A DNA stretch of 64,000 nucleotides from an uncultured Chloroflexota bacterium (lineage in GTDB: Bacteria; Chloroflexota; UBA11872). The position numbers and the translations under genes are program-made. The stretch spans positions 29,631-93,630 of the forward strand of contig CAYRCL010000041.1 in the NCBI GenBank assembly GCA_964422795.1, written 5' to 3'. The notes below the pieces were generated by a model, which saw only the letters and a list, made by a program, of their open reading frames with translations, had not been told where the DNA came from and did no database searches. Position 1 is the first letter of the stretch, and each line of letters opens with the position of its first letter. This document shows, piece by piece, positions 9,746 through 20,631 of the stretch.

Positions 9746-12160
9746 CTAACTCCGGTTTCGGCGGTGCACACCATCACGTGCTACATCAAAGACACCAGGA
9801 ATAGTCTCGAGTCGACTCATAAGTCGAGCGAGCTGCCCCATACTCACAAGACCCACGGTCACTCGCATGGTGGCCCTCCGCTCCTGATTAGTGTTTATGT
9901 GCGCAGACGAAATGTTTAGCCCTTCGTCCCGAATGACTCCACTAACGTCATGCGTGAGCCCGGCCCGATCGTCAGCAACAATCCGAATCTGAATAGGAAG
10001 GATCGTGCTCGTGTCATCGATCCACCAAACATCTATCTGTTCATCCGCACCGTGCGACACATCGCAACAACTATTCGTGTGAACCTCAACTTCATTAGTG
10101 ATCAAAATTCCAACAATTGGTATCGGTGGCCGTGGGGCACAGCAACTCGCGAGCCGGATCGGAAAATCCGTATCGGATTCAACGATCTTGGCACTCCATT
10201 TCACATCGACCAGACGCTCAGGCTCCACAGTCCGCCATCGACTACAGCCGAGCTGGTGAACGCTAACATCGTGTCCGCTGCTGATGTAGCCAACTATGTC
10301 ATCACCGGGAGTAGGATTGCAGCAAGACGCCACACGAGTGGTGAGGTTTCCAGCGCCAAGCACCTGTACTATGGGCCGATTCTCGCCATGACGATCAGTA
10401 TTACCAGACCCCTCTAATTCTTGATCGGCCAAATCTCGTTCGAGGACATCCGGAACCAGCTCAATTCGATTAATCACCGTAGTAACGGTTGTTGCGCCAT
10501 AACCGATTCCAGCGAATAGGCTATCAACATCGTCGTATCCCAACGATTTCGCGATATCCGCTAAGTCATCGCTGGCCAAATGAGAGATGTGTTCGTGACC
10601 GAGTCTCCTTAGTTGATCGCCAAGAAGACCCATTCCAGACTGTATGTTCTCGGTCCGTTCTCGACGCTTGAACCATTGGCGAATCTTGTCACGCGCGTAA
10701 GCCGTATGCACCATTGAGACCCAACTTCGACTGGGTCCAGGACTGTTTTGACTCGTGAGTATTTCAACGACATCGCCATTCTCAAGCCGGTGATCGAGTT
10801 GGACGAGACGACCATTAATCTTGGCACCTATACACGCATGGCCGATGTCCGTATGGATACGGTAAGAAAAGTCGAGCGGGGTACTACCGGCCGGAAAATC
10901 CTTAATTTCGCCCGTTGGAGTAAAAACGAACACCGCGTCACCGAACACATCTGATTTAACCGCTTCGATAAAAGATCCATCCGGTTCTTCATCCCCTTCC
11001 CATGCCAGGATCTGGCGAATCCATCCCAGTTTTTCTGAAAAGGCGTCAGCGGATCCTTGGTCATCAGCTTTGTAGCGCCAGTGTGCCGCTACACCATATT
11101 CCGAAGATTCATGCATCTCGTAGGTTCTGATCTGAATTTCGATAGGCTTTCCATCCGGACCCATCACTGCCGTATGGATAGAACGGTAAGCGTTCTCCTT
11201 CGGGGCCGAAATATAGTCATCAAATTGTTCCGGAATATGCCTCCAAGTTGCATGAACCACGCCTAAGGCGGCATAACAGTCAGCAACGTCTTCAACAACT
11301 ACACGTACGGCCAGGATGTCGTACACCTGATCAAGAGGGACCGCCTTGCGACGTGCCTTCTGTTCGATACTGTAAATGTGCTTAACCCTGCTTTGTATCA
11401 ACGCATCGAGATCACAACCGTCCAACCCCTTTCGCAATTCGTCGGTTACACCTTGCATGACCGTTTCGCGCGCTTGCTGTTCCACTACCAGCCACTGAGC
11501 AATCTCCTGATAGCGCTCAGGGTGAAGCGTCCGGAACGCATGATCCTCCAACTGCCAACGCCACTCCTCGATACCAAGTCGCCCCGCAAGTGGCGCAAAA
11601 ATCTCCATCGTATCGGTCGCGTACTGCGCACCCTTCTCTTCGCTATAGACAGAAGCGGTCTGTATGTTGTGAAGTCGATCCGCTAGCTTGATGAGCACTA
11701 CACGGATATCACGCGCCATCGCTCGAAATATCTTCCGTAGATTCTGAGCCTGTCGATCATCAATGTTTCCGGACGTAATATCGTCCAGCTTCGTCACGCC
11801 ATCCACAAGCTCGGCTACTGTCGACCCGAACCGTTCACGAATCGTGTGAAGGTCAGCAGAGGTGTCCTCTATACAGTCGTGAAGCAGGGCTGCTGTGATT
11901 GTGACTGAATCAAGCCGCAAGTCGGCGAGTAACCACGCCACGGTTAAGGGGTGTTGAAAAAATGGCTCGCCCGTTAGACGCTGCTGGCCAGAGTGTGCCC
12001 TTTGAGCGAAGGTAGCCGCCTCTCCGATCAAGCGCTCGATCTCATCCCACTCGTCCAACGCCGTGTAGGAACGGATCCGTGCAAGAAGTTCATCAACAGT
12101 GCGATCGGTTCGCAATGGACTGGCGATGGGAGCCAGCATGTCCTTTACGGATGACGGCAC
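9746..12160 (-). CDS. rel: bifunctional (p)ppGpp synthetase/hydrolase RelA/SpoT (Rel)
   Basis: 804 aa; HD hydrolase (HSGQQRLTGEPFFQHPLTVA), RelA_SpoT synthetase, TGS and C-terminal ACT domains. Confidence 0.9.
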   Translation of the reverse strand: MPSSVKDMLAPIASPLRTDRTVDELLARIRSYTALDEWDEIERLIGEAATFAQRAHSGQQRLTGEPFFQHPLTVAWLLADLRLDSVTITAALLHDCIEDTSADLHTIRERFGSTVAELVDGVTKLDDITSGNIDDRQAQNLRKIFRAMARDIRVVLIKLADRLHNIQTASVYSEEKGAQYATDTMEIFAPLAGRLGIEEWRWQLEDHAFRTLHPERYQEIAQWLVVEQQARETVMQGVTDELRKGLDGCDLDALIQSRVKHIYSIEQKARRKAVPLDQVYDILAVRVVVEDVADCYAALGVVHATWRHIPEQFDDYISAPKENAYRSIHTAVMGPDGKPIEIQIRTYEMHESSEYGVAAHWRYKADDQGSADAFSEKLGWIRQILAWEGDEEPDGSFIEAVKSDVFGDAVFVFTPTGEIKDFPAGSTPLDFSYRIHTDIGHACIGAKINGRLVQLDHRLENGDVVEILTSQNSPGPSRSWVSMVHTAYARDKIRQWFKRRERTENIQSGMGLLGDQLRRLGHEHISHLASDDLADIAKSLGYDDVDSLFAGIGYGATTVTTVINRIELVPDVLERDLADQELEGSGNTDRHGENRPIVQVLGAGNLTTRVASCCNPTPGDDIVGYISSGHDVSVHQLGCSRWRTVEPERLVDVKWSAKIVESDTDFPIRLASCCAPRPPIPIVGILITNEVEVHTNSCCDVSHGADEQIDVWWIDDTSTILPIQIRIVADDRAGLTHDVSGVIRDEGLNISSAHINTNQERRATMRVTVGLVSMGQLARLMSRLETIPGVFDVARDGVHRRNRS

Positions 12161-12183
12161 GTTAAAACCACATATATCTTCCG

Positions 12184-13845
12184 CTAGCTCGATCTCAAAC
12201 GCACATCGTCCACAAGCATTTGGAGACGTGACCTTCCGCGATATTCGTTCACGTCGAGCCGAAACGCCACATCAACATATTGGCTACGCTCCAAGCGGTC
12301 CCGTTTATCACCATTCCTGAACCATATAGCTTCCACATCCCGATCGACCTCGGTAAACCGAAGCGCCAAATGATTCTTACCCACTAACCGTACTTCACCA
12401 ATGCGTACATTCTCGACGACAAACCTCGGGCGCTCGTGTGCGTGCCCCCAGGGCGCGAGTACTTCCAAGGCTCGATATGTGTCCCAAGCAATCGTTCGAG
12501 GAAAGACACGGCCATCCGCAACGACACGTGGACCAAACAAGTCCGCTAGGTCTGATGCCGCAAGCTCACGCACGATCGCTTCCCTAAACACTTCTACATT
12601 TCCGGGAAGCAACGAAAAACCAGCAGCCCCTGCATGACCACCCCACCGCTCAAATAAATGAGCGTGCCGTCCCAAAATTTCAGCAAGGTGAATCCCTTGA
12701 GGCGATCGCGCCGATCCACGAACCACCCCATCGATCTCGGTCCCCATGAATGCCAGAACACCAAATTCACTGCTTATACGGGCGGCAGCTAGACCCGCAA
12801 TGCCAGGAACAATATTTTCTGAGATCGCGAATACGACGTTCCCCCCCGTGAATTGCGACCGGGCTTCAACGACCGCTTCCTCCGTCATCCGCTGACGCTC
12901 AACATTTAAAGCATCCAGCTCACGCGCCAGCTCATCGGCCCTTGCCGTATGCGAAACAAGAAGCAATTCGAGCGCAAGGCAAGCATGCGCCAATCGGCCC
13001 GCTGCATTCAGCCGGGGCGCGAGACCAAAAGCAATTCCTTCCACTGTAATTGACTCGATCGGTCGACCGGAAGCTGCACCCAAAGCACTCAAGCCCAAAC
13101 GCGGTGAACTCCGAATAATCTCAAGGCCCGCAACAACAAACGCACGATTCTCATCACGTATTGGAACAACATCCGCAATTGTCCCGAGTGCGACCAAGTC
13201 TAAAAATGATTCCGGATACGGAATTTCTTCCGCAAATTCGTCAGCCAGCGCCTGCACTAACTTATACGCAACTCCAACTCCAGACAGTCCTGTGAACGGA
13301 TAGCAGCCACCTGGCGCATTCGGGTTCAAGAGGGCGATCGCCTGCTCGGGTCGCGCATGCATCAAATGGTGATCAGTAACAACCACGTCGATTCCATGAT
13401 TCGCTGCGTACGCAATTTCCTCATGCGCAGTCGAACCACAATCAGCAGTTATGATCAGCTCCGCACGCTTCGAAGCAATTACGTCAATCGCTTCGGTGGT
13501 TAGTCCATAACCCGTCAAACGCTTTGGAATGTACGGAAATGCATCGAGTCCAAGCAGCGTCGCCACCTCAAGCAACATAGCAGTTGAACTCACACCATCC
13601 ACGTCGTAGTCGCCATACACACATATGCGCTCGCGCTTCCTTACGGCTCGCGCAACTCGTTCTACAGCCACGTCCATTTCGTCGATCAAGTAAGGATCGT
13701 GTGGCAACGGCGGACCTTTAACAAAATCACAAACCGACTCAACGGACGTGATTCCGCGGTTGTGGAGAACCTGCACAACTAGCGGCGGGAGATCTGGAAG
13801 CTCTTCAAACAGGTCTGCCGGTGCGCGCCGGGCAATCCGCCACAT
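12184..13845 (-). CDS. recJ: single-stranded-DNA-specific exonuclease RecJ
   Basis: 553 aa; DHH motifs (YGDYDVDGVSS, VTDHH) and DHHA1 (GGHAGAAG). Confidence 0.85.
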   Translation of the reverse strand: MWRIARRAPADLFEELPDLPPLVVQVLHNRGITSVESVCDFVKGPPLPHDPYLIDEMDVAVERVARAVRKRERICVYGDYDVDGVSSTAMLLEVATLLGLDAFPYIPKRLTGYGLTTEAIDVIASKRAELIITADCGSTAHEEIAYAANHGIDVVVTDHHLMHARPEQAIALLNPNAPGGCYPFTGLSGVGVAYKLVQALADEFAEEIPYPESFLDLVALGTIADVVPIRDENRAFVVAGLEIIRSSPRLGLSALGAASGRPIESITVEGIAFGLAPRLNAAGRLAHACLALELLLVSHTARADELARELDALNVERQRMTEEAVVEARSQFTGGNVVFAISENIVPGIAGLAAARISSEFGVLAFMGTEIDGVVRGSARSPQGIHLAEILGRHAHLFERWGGHAGAAGFSLLPGNVEVFREAIVRELAASDLADLFGPRVVADGRVFPRTIAWDTYRALEVLAPWGHAHERPRFVVENVRIGEVRLVGKNHLALRFTEVDRDVEAIWFRNGDKRDRLERSQYVDVAFRLDVNEYRGRSRLQMLVDDVRLRSS

Positions 13846-13966
13846 GGCGCCGTTGATACTGCGTGCTATTTGTTCTTTCGAAGCCCCGTGGTCAGCCTAG
13901 CGATTCTGACGATGTAAGAAGATCCCAGTACTATCGTCACACGTACATTCAACCCACGGCGATGCC

Positions 13967-14839
13967 ATGATCAAAATCGGAATCATCGGATGCGATAGCA
14001 CCCACACGGAGAACTATGCGGCGATCCTAAATCGCGACATAGCCGGGTCAGATATGCGCGCAACCAAGCTATGGGGCGAAGACCCCGACCAGGCAACAGC
14101 AAAAGCGGCTGAAACCGGTATCCCCGAGGTAGTCGACACGCCCGATGAAGCTATGGAGGGGGTGGACGCAGTAATGGTGCTTAACCGATATGGAGATAAG
14201 CACTTTGCGCCAGCAATGCAGGCCCTCGACCGACAACTACCGCTATTCGTTGACAAACCCATGTGCGACAACCCATTCGAAGCAGTAACTATCACTCGAA
14301 CTGCCCTGGAAGGCGGTGTGCCTTTCATGTCAGCCTCCGCCGTACGATACGACCGCAAAGTACAAGAACTGCTTGCAAGTCTTCCGGAAAGCGAACCAAT
14401 TCGGTCCTTAACGTTCACCGTACCCAACGGATGGAGGCTTTACGGCGTCCACGCCGTCGAAGTTATGCATGCTGTTTTTGGACGAGGAGCCACTGATGTT
14501 CAAGCCATTCGTGACGAGGGTTCCGACATCGTCGTCATTCGTTGGCCCAACAAACAAGTAGGTGTAGCCACCCAATTTCGCGACGCCTGGATGGGGATGG
14601 GGTGGGTTACCACTAGTGCCTCTGGCTGGGCACACGGCGAGCTTCACTGGGACGACACTGTGGATGGCATACCACGGATCTATGTAGAGCTGACTAGAAA
14701 GTTTCACGACATGCTGGTTGGAGGGCCACCGCCGATCAATGCGGATGAAATGGTGGACATCATTCGCGTCTGCGCCGCCGCTGAAGTATCTGCGTCCGAG
14801 CAAAGACGGGTCTCGCTAACAGAAATGCCCAGCCTCTAG
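13967..14839 (+). CDS. Gfo/Idh/MocA-like NAD(P) oxidoreductase
   Basis: N-terminal Rossmann IKIGIIGCDSTHT and FVDKP (EKP-like) motif. Confidence 0.6.
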   Translation: MIKIGIIGCDSTHTENYAAILNRDIAGSDMRATKLWGEDPDQATAKAAETGIPEVVDTPDEAMEGVDAVMVLNRYGDKHFAPAMQALDRQLPLFVDKPMCDNPFEAVTITRTALEGGVPFMSASAVRYDRKVQELLASLPESEPIRSLTFTVPNGWRLYGVHAVEVMHAVFGRGATDVQAIRDEGSDIVVIRWPNKQVGVATQFRDAWMGMGWVTTSASGWAHGELHWDDTVDGIPRIYVELTRKFHDMLVGGPPPINADEMVDIIRVCAAAEVSASEQRRVSLTEMPSL

Positions 14840-14966
14840 CGTCACGAACGTGAACTTGAGCGACCAACTGGTACGAATTGAGATGGTCAATCGCACGAGC
14901 CATATCGTCATGGAGCAAGAACACTACAACCGCCTACTCAGAGCGTTCGTGGTTGCACGATCTATA

Positions 14967-15410
14967 TCAGCTGAACCAGTAAAGGCCAGTGATCACCCCA
15001 GCTACAGCCCCAATTGCAACACCACCGATCACCGCGATAATCATCCAAGCAAATTGACTAGCTGGGTCATCTGCCACGAGCGTTAAATCCGGTTTCATTC
15101 CGCGAGCTGCCTGATTCGGAGCCGCAGTAGCATTTACATGGTCGGCATACACTGCAACGTCGGTTCGACGAACTTCATCCAACGCGTCTTCCCGACGCAG
15201 ATTTAACCGCTCCACTTTGAGGGGCACCGTTGGCTTAACACCACTCGTTCCCTCTAAAACATGAGCATCATCCGTGCTGGAATGTTCAGAAACGGCGCTA
15301 GTCTCGTCCATCGGTAAATCGAGCCCGACGGACTCCACGAAAGACGGGCGTCGTGGCCGTAGACCATTTTGCTCAGAACGCCCCGCTTCAGACATTCCGA
15401 AGGCTACCAT
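14967..15410 (-). CDS. hypothetical C-terminally anchored membrane protein
   Basis: 147 aa, acidic/Ser-rich N-terminal part, single C-terminal TM (MIIAVIGGVAIGAVAGVITGLYWF); divergent from the MFS gene. Confidence 0.4.
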   Translation of the reverse strand: MVAFGMSEAGRSEQNGLRPRRPSFVESVGLDLPMDETSAVSEHSSTDDAHVLEGTSGVKPTVPLKVERLNLRREDALDEVRRTDVAVYADHVNATAAPNQAARGMKPDLTLVADDPASQFAWMIIAVIGGVAIGAVAGVITGLYWFS

Positions 15411-15433
15411 GCGTTCCTCGATGAGGATCCAAC

Positions 15434-16633
15434 ATGTTTCATTTCAACGGTGTGACGCGGCGATTCTCGACATCGGAAATCGGCGTAGTGTTCGTCATCT
15501 TTGTGGGGATGTCGTTCGGAATGGCGGTAATCGGTCCAGTCTTGGGAGAACTTCAGTCCGAGTTCAACGTTTCTCTCGCAACACTGGGGCTCGTACTAGC
15601 AACACCCACAGCCGCGCAGATAGCAGCTACTCTCCCAGCCGGAATACTCTTCGATCGGATGCCCGCTCGGATACCGCTCAGCACTGGAACTCTTTTTCTA
15701 ACGGTTGGAGCATCCGTTTGCGCCGTAGCACCAAATTACGCGCTGCTGTTACTTGGCTTATCTATAGGTGGATTTAGCACAGCACTCTTATACACATCAG
15801 GAATGGGTCACGCCGTACGAATCACAACGACGCAAGCTCGCAGCAAGATGACAGGGAAAATAATGGCAGGTGTACAACTTGGTGGATTCCTCGCACCAAT
15901 CACAGCCGGGTTAACCGCAAACGCCTTTGGATGGCGGGCAGTGTTCTGGCTTGCGGCAATTATCGGACTTATCGCGACACCAGTGGTCTGGACAACGATT
16001 CGGACAAAACGGTCAACCAGCAAATCGCGTCAGACAAGTAGGTGGCATTCACCACTCGAGCTCAACCGCAGCATAGGAGGCGTCGTAGTCTTCACCATCC
16101 TGCTTTGGGGTGCCACCTATAGTGTCAGGCAAGTCGTATTACCGCTGTACGGTAGCGTGGGCTTGGCCTTGAATCCAGCAACCATCGGCGTCGTGCTCAG
16201 CGTGTCGGGCGCCATCCGTACTATCGTGGTGTTTGCTAGCGGATCGATCCTCGATCGATTCGGACGCGGCATCGTTCTTGCGTTCGCAAGCAGCCTAGGC
16301 ACTGTGGCAGTCCTTCTGATTACGCTGTCACCCACTATCTCTATTTACATACTTATTGCGACTTTATACGCACTCGGCGGTATAACTTCAGCTCTGCCAC
16401 CCGTTTTGGTAGCCGAGCGAACAAGACCTGAGATGCTAGGTCGAGCCCTAGGATCCATGCAATTGCTCGTTGACCTAGCCCTACTGGGGTTGCCCCTGCT
16501 ACTCGGCCTAATAATCGACGATCGCGGTTTCGGGACCGTCGGAATGACCTTGACGATCCTATACGTGGCAACAATACCGGTTGGTCTCTGGATCATGCGC
16601 GTGCGCCCGACTGCGGCCACACGATCCGACTAA
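15434..16633 (+). CDS. MFS transporter
   Basis: 399 aa, ~12 TM helices, MFS-type loop motifs (LFDRMPAR, GSILDRFGRG). Confidence 0.8.
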   Translation: MFHFNGVTRRFSTSEIGVVFVIFVGMSFGMAVIGPVLGELQSEFNVSLATLGLVLATPTAAQIAATLPAGILFDRMPARIPLSTGTLFLTVGASVCAVAPNYALLLLGLSIGGFSTALLYTSGMGHAVRITTTQARSKMTGKIMAGVQLGGFLAPITAGLTANAFGWRAVFWLAAIIGLIATPVVWTTIRTKRSTSKSRQTSRWHSPLELNRSIGGVVVFTILLWGATYSVRQVVLPLYGSVGLALNPATIGVVLSVSGAIRTIVVFASGSILDRFGRGIVLAFASSLGTVAVLLITLSPTISIYILIATLYALGGITSALPPVLVAERTRPEMLGRALGSMQLLVDLALLGLPLLLGLIIDDRGFGTVGMTLTILYVATIPVGLWIMRVRPTAATRSD

Positions 16634-16674
16634 GCAACGTGCACACTTAGTACCCGCAATTAGATCCCATATCT

Positions 16675-17769
16675 TTAGATATCAGCCTGAGCTGTCTGGT
16701 AAAAGCCCGACAACGCATCGAGAAATACATCAGCCAATCTTCCGAGTGCGGCACGCCGATCCTTCGTGTCAACGATAACGCCCCGACCACGACTTGCCTG
16801 AATGACACGACCCGGAACTTCCGCCTCGCTAACATGGCGGGGAAGCTCGAATACCATAGATTTTCGACCCATCACCGCTTGCCTCAGTTCCATAGCTGTC
16901 ATCCGTCCGTTGCGATCCCACAGGCGCTCAGCCATCTCACCAGCAGCGGCCCGGACACTTCGGGCACGACGGACCAACTCCTTAGTAACCACTCCATCAT
17001 GGTCCGTCATCCATCGCTCACAGCATCCGAATCCAAATTCAGCGCCTTCAGTAAGCACTAACAACTCTGTAAGAATTGACGGATCATCAAGCGCTCCCGG
17101 CCTGCTGAGATCCTCGACTGCCCTCTTGGCGGCCATCAGCCCAAACTGAACACTCCCAACGGTAGAACTGACCCGAGGTTTCTCAATCAATAGAGCTAAA
17201 GCATTAGCGAAAAGCTCGCGAAGGGCGAGTGGATCAGCAGCCTGGTTTCGAATAAGTTCGTCAGGACCAATCAATACCCCGTAATTTCCCCACTTCGGTC
17301 CCTCTTGACCTGGGAATCTACCTTCCCATCCCCGGTTAAGATCGACCTGTGCAGGTAGCCGTTGATCCGCCCCAACAGCCAGTCCACACCCTGCATCATC
17401 AACCGAGCACATGACGACGATTTTCCCCTGATCGTCGACAGGAGCAAGAATCGGGTTGTTACAGCGTTCGATGGCAGTCCGTAACTCTTGGAGATCGACC
17501 GCGTGAGGCTGACCATGATCCGTCCTGATCTCTAACCCAAATCCAGAGAACTCTGCAGCAACACACAGTGTTGGCACCGGCCGCACTTCGCTTAGTTCTT
17601 GAGGATGCGCACCCCGCCTCCAAACCATGCAGAATGCTTCGCCGGAAAGAGTCACCAGGGAATCGAGCGTGCAGTTCACGCCCTGAACTGAAAGCGCCGC
17701 GCGCAGAGCATGAAATGCCATCGAGCCCGCACGCCGGTCCAAAGGCCAACCGACCAAACGACGTGTCAC
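16675..17769 (-). CDS. uncharacterized protein co-operonic with coaBC (possible papain-fold/BtrH_N-like; unassigned)
   Basis: 364-aa ORF starting 5 nt after the coaBC stop on the same strand; no motif I can assign confidently. Confidence 0.5.
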   Translation of the reverse strand: MTRRLVGWPLDRRAGSMAFHALRAALSVQGVNCTLDSLVTLSGEAFCMVWRRGAHPQELSEVRPVPTLCVAAEFSGFGLEIRTDHGQPHAVDLQELRTAIERCNNPILAPVDDQGKIVVMCSVDDAGCGLAVGADQRLPAQVDLNRGWEGRFPGQEGPKWGNYGVLIGPDELIRNQAADPLALRELFANALALLIEKPRVSSTVGSVQFGLMAAKRAVEDLSRPGALDDPSILTELLVLTEGAEFGFGCCERWMTDHDGVVTKELVRRARSVRAAAGEMAERLWDRNGRMTAMELRQAVMGRKSMVFELPRHVSEAEVPGRVIQASRGRGVIVDTKDRRAALGRLADVFLDALSGFYQTAQADI

Positions 17770-17774
17770 CGCCG

Positions 17775-18971
17775 TCAGGCCTTGCCAACCAATTCGACTA
17801 CAACATCAAGCACCGCATCCGCAACCGCCGCCTTATCTGTCAGCTTTACCTCTTGATCGCAGCGGTTCGGCCGTAAGATCGTGACCGCGTTGGTCGCAAC
17901 TCCAAAGCCCCGGTCTGACTGTGCGACATCGTTAACGACAAGCGCATCAAGCCCTTTCACTCGAAGCTTTTCACGGGCGTTGGCCAAATGGTTGTCTGTT
18001 TCTGCCGCAAATCCCACGCGTATAAAGTCACCCTGTAATGATGCAAGCAAATCAGGGTTCTCAACGAGATCAATTCTGGTGTTCACATCGTCTCGTTTGA
18101 GCTTCGACTTCGATGTGGCAACCGGACGATAGTCTCCGACAGCTGCGTTCATGATAAGCGCATCACACCCGCACGTAGCCTGTCGCAATGCATCGAGCAT
18201 TTCTGATGCCGAACTGACGTGGGTCGTCTCGGCATTAATTGGCGGATCGATGGTTGCGGGTCCCAGAACCAACCGCGTTGCAGCGCCTCGCTCGATCGAG
18301 GCTCGAGCCAACTCCACACCCTGACGACCGCTGGCCGGGTTCCCGATAAACCGGACAGGATCCAAATACTCCCGAGTGCCACCGGCAGAAACTACAAGTA
18401 CGCAGCCATTGAGCGGTCCATCACGACCCAAAACTTCACGTATGACATCCATAAGCTCAGGTGTGGTCGGCAAGCGACCCTGACCATATGCACCCGATGC
18501 GAGACGACCCGTCGCCGGTTCAACAATTCGAACCTTTCGTTCGCGTAGCACCTTCAAATTAGCCTGAGTTGCACTATGGGCATACATATCTGATTCCATC
18601 GCCGGAGCAATCATGACGGGCGCATCGGTTGTCAACACCACTGCTGCACCAAGGTCATCCGCTTGGCCATGCGCAAGACGGGCGATCGTGTTGGCCGTAG
18701 CCGGAGCTACCACAACTATGTCAGCGTCTTTGGCTATCTCGACATGCGCAATACGGTGATCCGCTGTCATCGCATCATCCGCATGCAGAACAGCCCGATG
18801 CGTCAGCGCTTCGAAGGTCAGCGCACCAACGAATGCCTCCGCCGCTTTCGAAAGAATGACGTCAACATTCGCGCCAGCCTGCGTTAACTTGCTCGCGAGA
18901 TCTGATGCCTTGTAGGCAGCAATACTTCCAGTCACCCACAACACGACATGTGCACCATCAAGCACACTCAT
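17775..18971 (-). CDS. coaBC: bifunctional phosphopantothenoylcysteine decarboxylase / phosphopantothenate-cysteine ligase
   Basis: 398 aa; N-terminal flavoprotein (HVVLWVTGSIAAYKASDLASKL) and C-terminal DFP ligase domain. Confidence 0.9.
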   Translation of the reverse strand: MSVLDGAHVVLWVTGSIAAYKASDLASKLTQAGANVDVILSKAAEAFVGALTFEALTHRAVLHADDAMTADHRIAHVEIAKDADIVVVAPATANTIARLAHGQADDLGAAVVLTTDAPVMIAPAMESDMYAHSATQANLKVLRERKVRIVEPATGRLASGAYGQGRLPTTPELMDVIREVLGRDGPLNGCVLVVSAGGTREYLDPVRFIGNPASGRQGVELARASIERGAATRLVLGPATIDPPINAETTHVSSASEMLDALRQATCGCDALIMNAAVGDYRPVATSKSKLKRDDVNTRIDLVENPDLLASLQGDFIRVGFAAETDNHLANAREKLRVKGLDALVVNDVAQSDRGFGVATNAVTILRPNRCDQEVKLTDKAAVADAVLDVVVELVGKA

Positions 18972-19741
18972 TTCGCTGCCTCGTAATCCTTCCCTATCAA
19001 CAAGAGCCCACGTAGAGTGAGCTCAGAATCGACCACATCAAACAAGGCTACGTCGTTCGCAACAACGTGTGCATACCCACCGGTAGCAACGATCTGGTAG
19101 TCGGTCCCAAGCTCGGATCGCAAATGCGTTATCAGCCCACGAACCATATGCACATAGCCCCAATAGATTCCAGCGTGCATCGAAGCCTCTGTGTTTGTTC
19201 CAATTAAGCGTGCTGGTTTCGCCAAGGTAATTGACGGGAGCTGTGCCCCAGCAGCTGTGAGAGCTCGAGCCGAATTCTGCATTCCAAGTGCAATCACCAC
19301 TCCAGCAAGATTGCCAACATCGTTGACTATATCGAATGTGGTTACGCTTCCAAGATCCGCGACAATCGCCGGCGCCGTATAGACTTCCCGTGCAGCCAAC
19401 GCATTCGCAACACGATCGATTCCCACCTGAGATGGAACATCAACATCCAGATCGATCGCCTGCACGTCTTGTGACCGTGCAATCCGAGGCCTTCGGCCTA
19501 TAGCGGTTGCAACCGCATCAGCCATGCGCTCGGTCAGCTCCGGAACCACCGATCCAACAATGGCGGAATCGACTTCTGTCGCACCAATATGCGACAGCAT
19601 TGCCTTAAGCAAGGTCGTGTGCTCGTTGGTGTCCCTATTAACGTCACTATGCACAACCCAGCGTGAAGCCAGTACATCGTCACGAAAGACACCAAATTTT
19701 GTGTCAGTGTTGCCGATATCGACGACGAGATCCATTAGCAT
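18968..19741 (-). CDS. coaX: type III pantothenate kinase
   Basis: MLMDLVVDIGNTDTKFGVF matches CoaX DxGNT motif; ATGA overlap with coaBC; track ORF extends 9 codons further to 19768. Confidence 0.85.
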   Translation of the reverse strand: MLMDLVVDIGNTDTKFGVFRDDVLASRWVVHSDVNRDTNEHTTLLKAMLSHIGATEVDSAIVGSVVPELTERMADAVATAIGRRPRIARSQDVQAIDLDVDVPSQVGIDRVANALAAREVYTAPAIVADLGSVTTFDIVNDVGNLAGVVIALGMQNSARALTAAGAQLPSITLAKPARLIGTNTEASMHAGIYWGYVHMVRGLITHLRSELGTDYQIVATGGYAHVVANDVALFDVVDSELTLRGLLLIGKDYEAAK

Positions 19742-19797
19742 CAATCGTCGAGCTTTCACCGCTATCATATCGTTGCACCGTCATTGTGCCGGTTGAA

Positions 19798-20631
19798 ATG
19801 AACAATCTGCCTGCAACGCTTCGACTAACACATCTGACGTGGGGCGAGATCGCTGCCCTCCGTAATCAGATCAAAGTGGTGGCGATCCCGATCGGATCGA
19901 TCGAACAACACGGACCAAACACTTCCCTTGATACCGATCTGGTGATTTGTGAAGACCTGACCCTACGCCTGGCCCAGCGATTTCATCCGCAGGTACTTGT
20001 GGCCCCAACTATTCCCTTCGGCATGTCGGCCTACCATATGGGATTCCCGGGCACGATCACCCTCCGAACACAAACCCTCCTACATGTACTCGAAGACAAT
20101 TTGGAATCCCTAATTCACCACGGGTTCACACGGTTCCTGCTAACAAATTGGCACAGCGGTAATGAACCAATCATGACTATCGCAATGCAGACACTACCGA
20201 CTCGTCTGCCGTTGGATTTTCTTGCAGGGTTATCGTTTTACGACTTAGAAGACCAAGAATTAGAACAAGAAATCATCCAATCCGAAACATCAGGCCATGC
20301 AGACGAACTCGAAACCGCCGAACTGATGGCGTTGCGCCCAGACCGCGTTAAGCATTCGCACCTCGCTCCCGGAGCTGTAACCACGGATCATATTGGAATG
20401 CGTAAACGCCTACGACGTCATGCCATCCGTCGTAGTTTTGATTTCTCCGACATGACCAAGAACGGAGCCGTTGGAAATGCAACATTGGCGACCCCCCATG
20501 ACGGGGAACGCATGATCCAAGCAATCGAAGCTCAGGCAGACAAGCTGCTCACAACAATTCTGAACGCTCCGGAAGACCTGATTGCACGTGGGCGAATCCC
20601 GGCTTGGCGAAACCCAGGTCAAGAACAATGA
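19798..20631 (+). CDS. creatininase-family amidohydrolase, paralog 1
   Basis: PIGSIEQHGPNTSLDTD metal-binding signature of creatinine amidohydrolase family; ATG at 19798 (track ORF starts upstream at 19663, inside coaX). Confidence 0.75.
   Translation: MNNLPATLRLTHLTWGEIAALRNQIKVVAIPIGSIEQHGPNTSLDTDLVICEDLTLRLAQRFHPQVLVAPTIPFGMSAYHMGFPGTITLRTQTLLHVLEDNLESLIHHGFTRFLLTNWHSGNEPIMTIAMQTLPTRLPLDFLAGLSFYDLEDQELEQEIIQSETSGHADELETAELMALRPDRVKHSHLAPGAVTTDHIGMRKRLRRHAIRRSFDFSDMTKNGAVGNATLATPHDGERMIQAIEAQADKLLTTILNAPEDLIARGRIPAWRNPGQEQ

Noticed and set aside
16675-17769. Calling the 364-aa protein a BtrH_N/DUF4872 papain-fold acyltransferase
   Set aside because: Only a vague impression from an N-terminal Cys-containing segment (NCTLDSLVTL). 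No motif I can verify without a profile search, so it is left as hypothetical.
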